Shown piece by piece: positions 8,236 through 10,230 of a stretch of DNA of 10,230 nt (the first letter of the stretch is position 1; every line of letters starts with the position of its first letter). Both the position numbers and the translations under genes were made by a program. Origin of the DNA: an uncultured Oligoflexus sp. Its GTDB lineage: Bacteria > Bdellovibrionota_B > Oligoflexia > Oligoflexales > Oligoflexaceae. Location: the NCBI GenBank assembly GCA_964236955.1, contig CAXSGP010000136.1, positions 1-10,230 on the forward strand. Direction: 5' to 3'. Below the pieces are notes generated by a model. That model worked only from the letters and a program-made list of their open reading frames with translations, searched no databases and was not told the DNA's origin.

Positions 8236-8445
8236 TCAATTTTCGAAAGGCTCAACTTCTTCAAGAAAATCGACGAATTTGTAGGCGACCAATTCATTGG
8301 CAGGGATGATACGCATATCCCCATCGCTCGAATCGTCATCCTCTTTAGTCGCTAAATAACTACCCTCAGTATCGGAACTGGGATGATAGTTTATTACCTG
8401 CCACATTTGCTTCTTTTCTTTATCAAACACGCGAAAGGGTAGCAT
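8236..8445 (-). CDS. Small acidic hypothetical protein (~69 aa)
   Basis: Protein-like ORF MLPFRVFDKEKKQMWQVINYHP...; GAGGT SD upstream. ATG 8445 is preferred, GTG 8454 possible. Closely follows the 8468-8806 ORF. Confidence 0.75.
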   Translation of the reverse strand: MLPFRVFDKEKKQMWQVINYHPSSDTEGSYLATKEDDDSSDGDMRIIPANELVAYKFVDFLEEVEPFEN

Positions 8446-8467
8446 AAAACTCACGACCTCTTACCTT

Positions 8468-8806
8468 TTATGAGTCGACTGGAGACTGTTCTTTTAGCTC
8501 TTTTGCCTGCACATGGATAGTCCGAGCTTTCACATTGACCGTTTTTTTTCTGACCAGAGAAGGCAGGGATATCTCATAGAGCTGCTCAGTCACGATTTTT
8601 TGAAGGTTCGAACGACTCGGACCACGCTCAAAAAGGTTCCATAAAGTCTCCACTAAAGGAGCATGGCGGAAGGAAAACTGTCGTCCTGCAAAATCGATGA
8701 CGATTCCAACTCTTGGCAAGAGGGGAAACTTTCGCGACCGACTCTTGTCGCTGCGATCCATACGAAATAGGTTGATGAGCATAGAGAACCCTTTATTGAG
8801 TGCCAT
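8468..8806 (-). CDS. Hypothetical basic protein (112 aa)
   Basis: ORF co-oriented with neighbours, AGGTG upstream of the ATG, fills the gap between GT9 and the small acidic ORF. No recognisable motif. Confidence 0.6.
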   Translation of the reverse strand: MALNKGFSMLINLFRMDRSDKSRSRKFPLLPRVGIVIDFAGRQFSFRHAPLVETLWNLFERGPSRSNLQKIVTEQLYEISLPSLVRKKTVNVKARTIHVQAKELKEQSPVDS

Positions 8807-8906
8807 ATAAATAAAGACACCTATGGTTAATTGGTCGGCTCCCCTCTCTATTTACATTACATAAATAGCGAAAATCGCTTCCCTCGCGGCTTTATCTCAA
8901 GAGCAC

Positions 8907-9953
8907 TCAGGCGATTACTCGCTGCGTCCAGTTCGACTTCATGCCAAAAACACGTCTTTTCATAGCAGCCGATTCAAGTTCAAGCCACATGGCATCCAGA
9001 GCATGCCACACATCACGGACTTGGATCAAGCCGATGGGACCACGGCCGTCAGGTAATTTTGCACCCGCCTGTAGAGCCTGATGCAGTTTGCTCTGCGGAC
9101 ACCAGGCCTTTGCATAGGTGGGACCATGCAGCTGCAGTGAACTCAAAGTATTTGCTACGGCCACATGACTAGGGCCATTGGAATTACCGATAAACAAATC
9201 GCAATTGGCAAGAAAGGCTGCAAGCTCGCGAAAGGTGGTTTTAGGTGCCATCAGCATCGGCTCCTTGCATAGGGCCTTGGTATTTTTGACGAATTCTTCT
9301 TCACCAGGACCCCATATCCAAACGATTGCGGCGTTTTTCTCCCGCACCAGCTTGTCGGCTAGCTCTGCATAGCGCTCGATTGGCCATTGGCGTTCAAGCC
9401 GCCGATGGGTAGGACTCACGGCAACCCGCACGGAGGCTTTTTGAAAATTGGGATGGCTCTCGAGAAAGTCTTTGAGCGGCTTGATATGAGCCTCGCTCCA
9501 GGGCAGCTCAAGGGAGTGATCGGCAGGAGCCAGCCCAAGATGCTCGAGATAGCGAAATTTTTCGCGAACGATATATTCGACCTGAGAACTCTGCTCGACG
9601 ATATCGGTATAAAGACGCCGTCGGCGGGAGGGAAACGCCAGACGCTGCGGGGCGGCAGTGCAGAAGCTATAGAGAGCGCTGCGCGGGTTATACATAAAAT
9701 CAAGCACCAAGTCATAGTTTCTAGCCCGAAGCTGACGCATAAACTGCAGCTTCTGATACCAGGTTTCCTTATCATCATAGGTGAGGATCGCAGCGAGATG
9801 GGGATTGTCAGCAAGTATCAGTTTACCCATCGAATGGGAAAGAAAATCGATGGTGGCGTCAGGCCACTTCCATTTGAGTTCCCGAATAGCAGGGGTGGTA
9901 AGGAGGATGTCGCCGAGTTGCCGAAGCTGAACGAGAAGGATTTTCTTAGACAC
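8907..9953 (-). CDS. Glycosyltransferase family 9 (ADP-heptose:LPS heptosyltransferase-like)
   Basis: KILLVQLRQLGDILLTTPAIRELK, LRARNYDLVLDF, RQWPIERYAELAD, WGPGE, ELAAFLANCDLFIGNSNGPSHVAVA and LHGPT motifs. GTG start. Confidence 0.93.
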   Translation of the reverse strand: MSKKILLVQLRQLGDILLTTPAIRELKWKWPDATIDFLSHSMGKLILADNPHLAAILTYDDKETWYQKLQFMRQLRARNYDLVLDFMYNPRSALYSFCTAAPQRLAFPSRRRRLYTDIVEQSSQVEYIVREKFRYLEHLGLAPADHSLELPWSEAHIKPLKDFLESHPNFQKASVRVAVSPTHRRLERQWPIERYAELADKLVREKNAAIVWIWGPGEEEFVKNTKALCKEPMLMAPKTTFRELAAFLANCDLFIGNSNGPSHVAVANTLSSLQLHGPTYAKAWCPQSKLHQALQAGAKLPDGRGPIGLIQVRDVWHALDAMWLELESAAMKRRVFGMKSNWTQRVIA

Positions 9954-10036
9954 GCGTAATGCCCTTTGCTCATGAGGTCAGCAAAGAACTTTACACGAAG
10001 AATGATGAAGTATTAAGATGTCAGTTTCGATTAGTC

Positions 10037-10163
10037 AGGGGCTGCCCGAAAATGGGGACGGCAAGGCGCGAGGCAGAAAAAAAGCGGAGTTTATTCCCCA
10101 TAAATGAGCATTTTTTTCTGCCGATGAAACGCAGCCATCGCCTTTTCCGGGCAGACACTCGTT
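10037..10163. repeat. Palindromic MITE-like repeat, unit 1 (127-bp period)
   Basis: Imperfect terminal inverted repeats CTGCCCGAAAA / TTTTCCGGGCAG; perfect 12-bp inner stem GGCAGAAAAAAA 10072-10083 / TTTTTTTCTGCC 10111-10122; apical TTTAT/ATAAA. Confidence 0.8.
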
Positions 10164-10230
10164 AGGGGCTGCGCAGAAATGGGGATGGCAAGGCGCGAGG
10201 CAGAAAAAAAGCGGAGTTTATTCCCCATAA
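10164..10230. repeat. Palindromic repeat, unit 2 (truncated by window edge)
   Basis: 63 of 67 nt identical to 10037-10103. Confidence 0.85.

Noticed and set aside
8048..8239. 63-aa minus-strand ORF
   Set aside because: TTG start, no recognisable motif and unconvincing composition; not excluded, but unsupported.
9178..9959. ORFs overlapping the GT9 gene (and similar ORFs inside holB, tmk, kinase and MFS)
   Set aside because: Antisense or alternate-frame shadows of well-supported genes, with no motifs.
9959..10165. 68-aa plus-strand ORF
   Set aside because: Mostly a translation of the palindromic repeat.
10037..10230. CRISPR array
   Set aside because: The repeat is at least 67 nt with a 127-bp period, and the intervening part is the palindromic second half of the unit, not a unique spacer. 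No cas genes in the window.

Overview
A bacterial chromosomal window, mostly core genes. The gene order and kinase type suggest a Bdellovibrionota/Oligoflexia- or Myxococcota-like organism (inference only). On the left is a minus-strand tmk-holB-ricT(yaaT/PSP1) cluster. The ricT gene runs off the window edge and is absent from the supplied ORF track. Divergent from it is a membrane-anchored Hanks-type Ser/Thr kinase with a probable PEGA ectodomain, followed by a convergent membrane-anchored TPR-like hypothetical and a UMF1/Atg22-like MFS transporter. On the right, all on the minus strand, are a GT9 (heptosyltransferase-like) glycosyltransferase, two small hypotheticals and a standalone HNH nuclease. 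The most unusual elements are: (i) a ~145-190 nt nested inverted-repeat structure upstream of the HNH gene; (ii) within it, a buried SD+ATG opening an 8-codon uORF, in frame with the HNH and separated from it by one TAG; and (iii) a tandem, 127-bp-period palindromic MITE-like repeat at the right edge.
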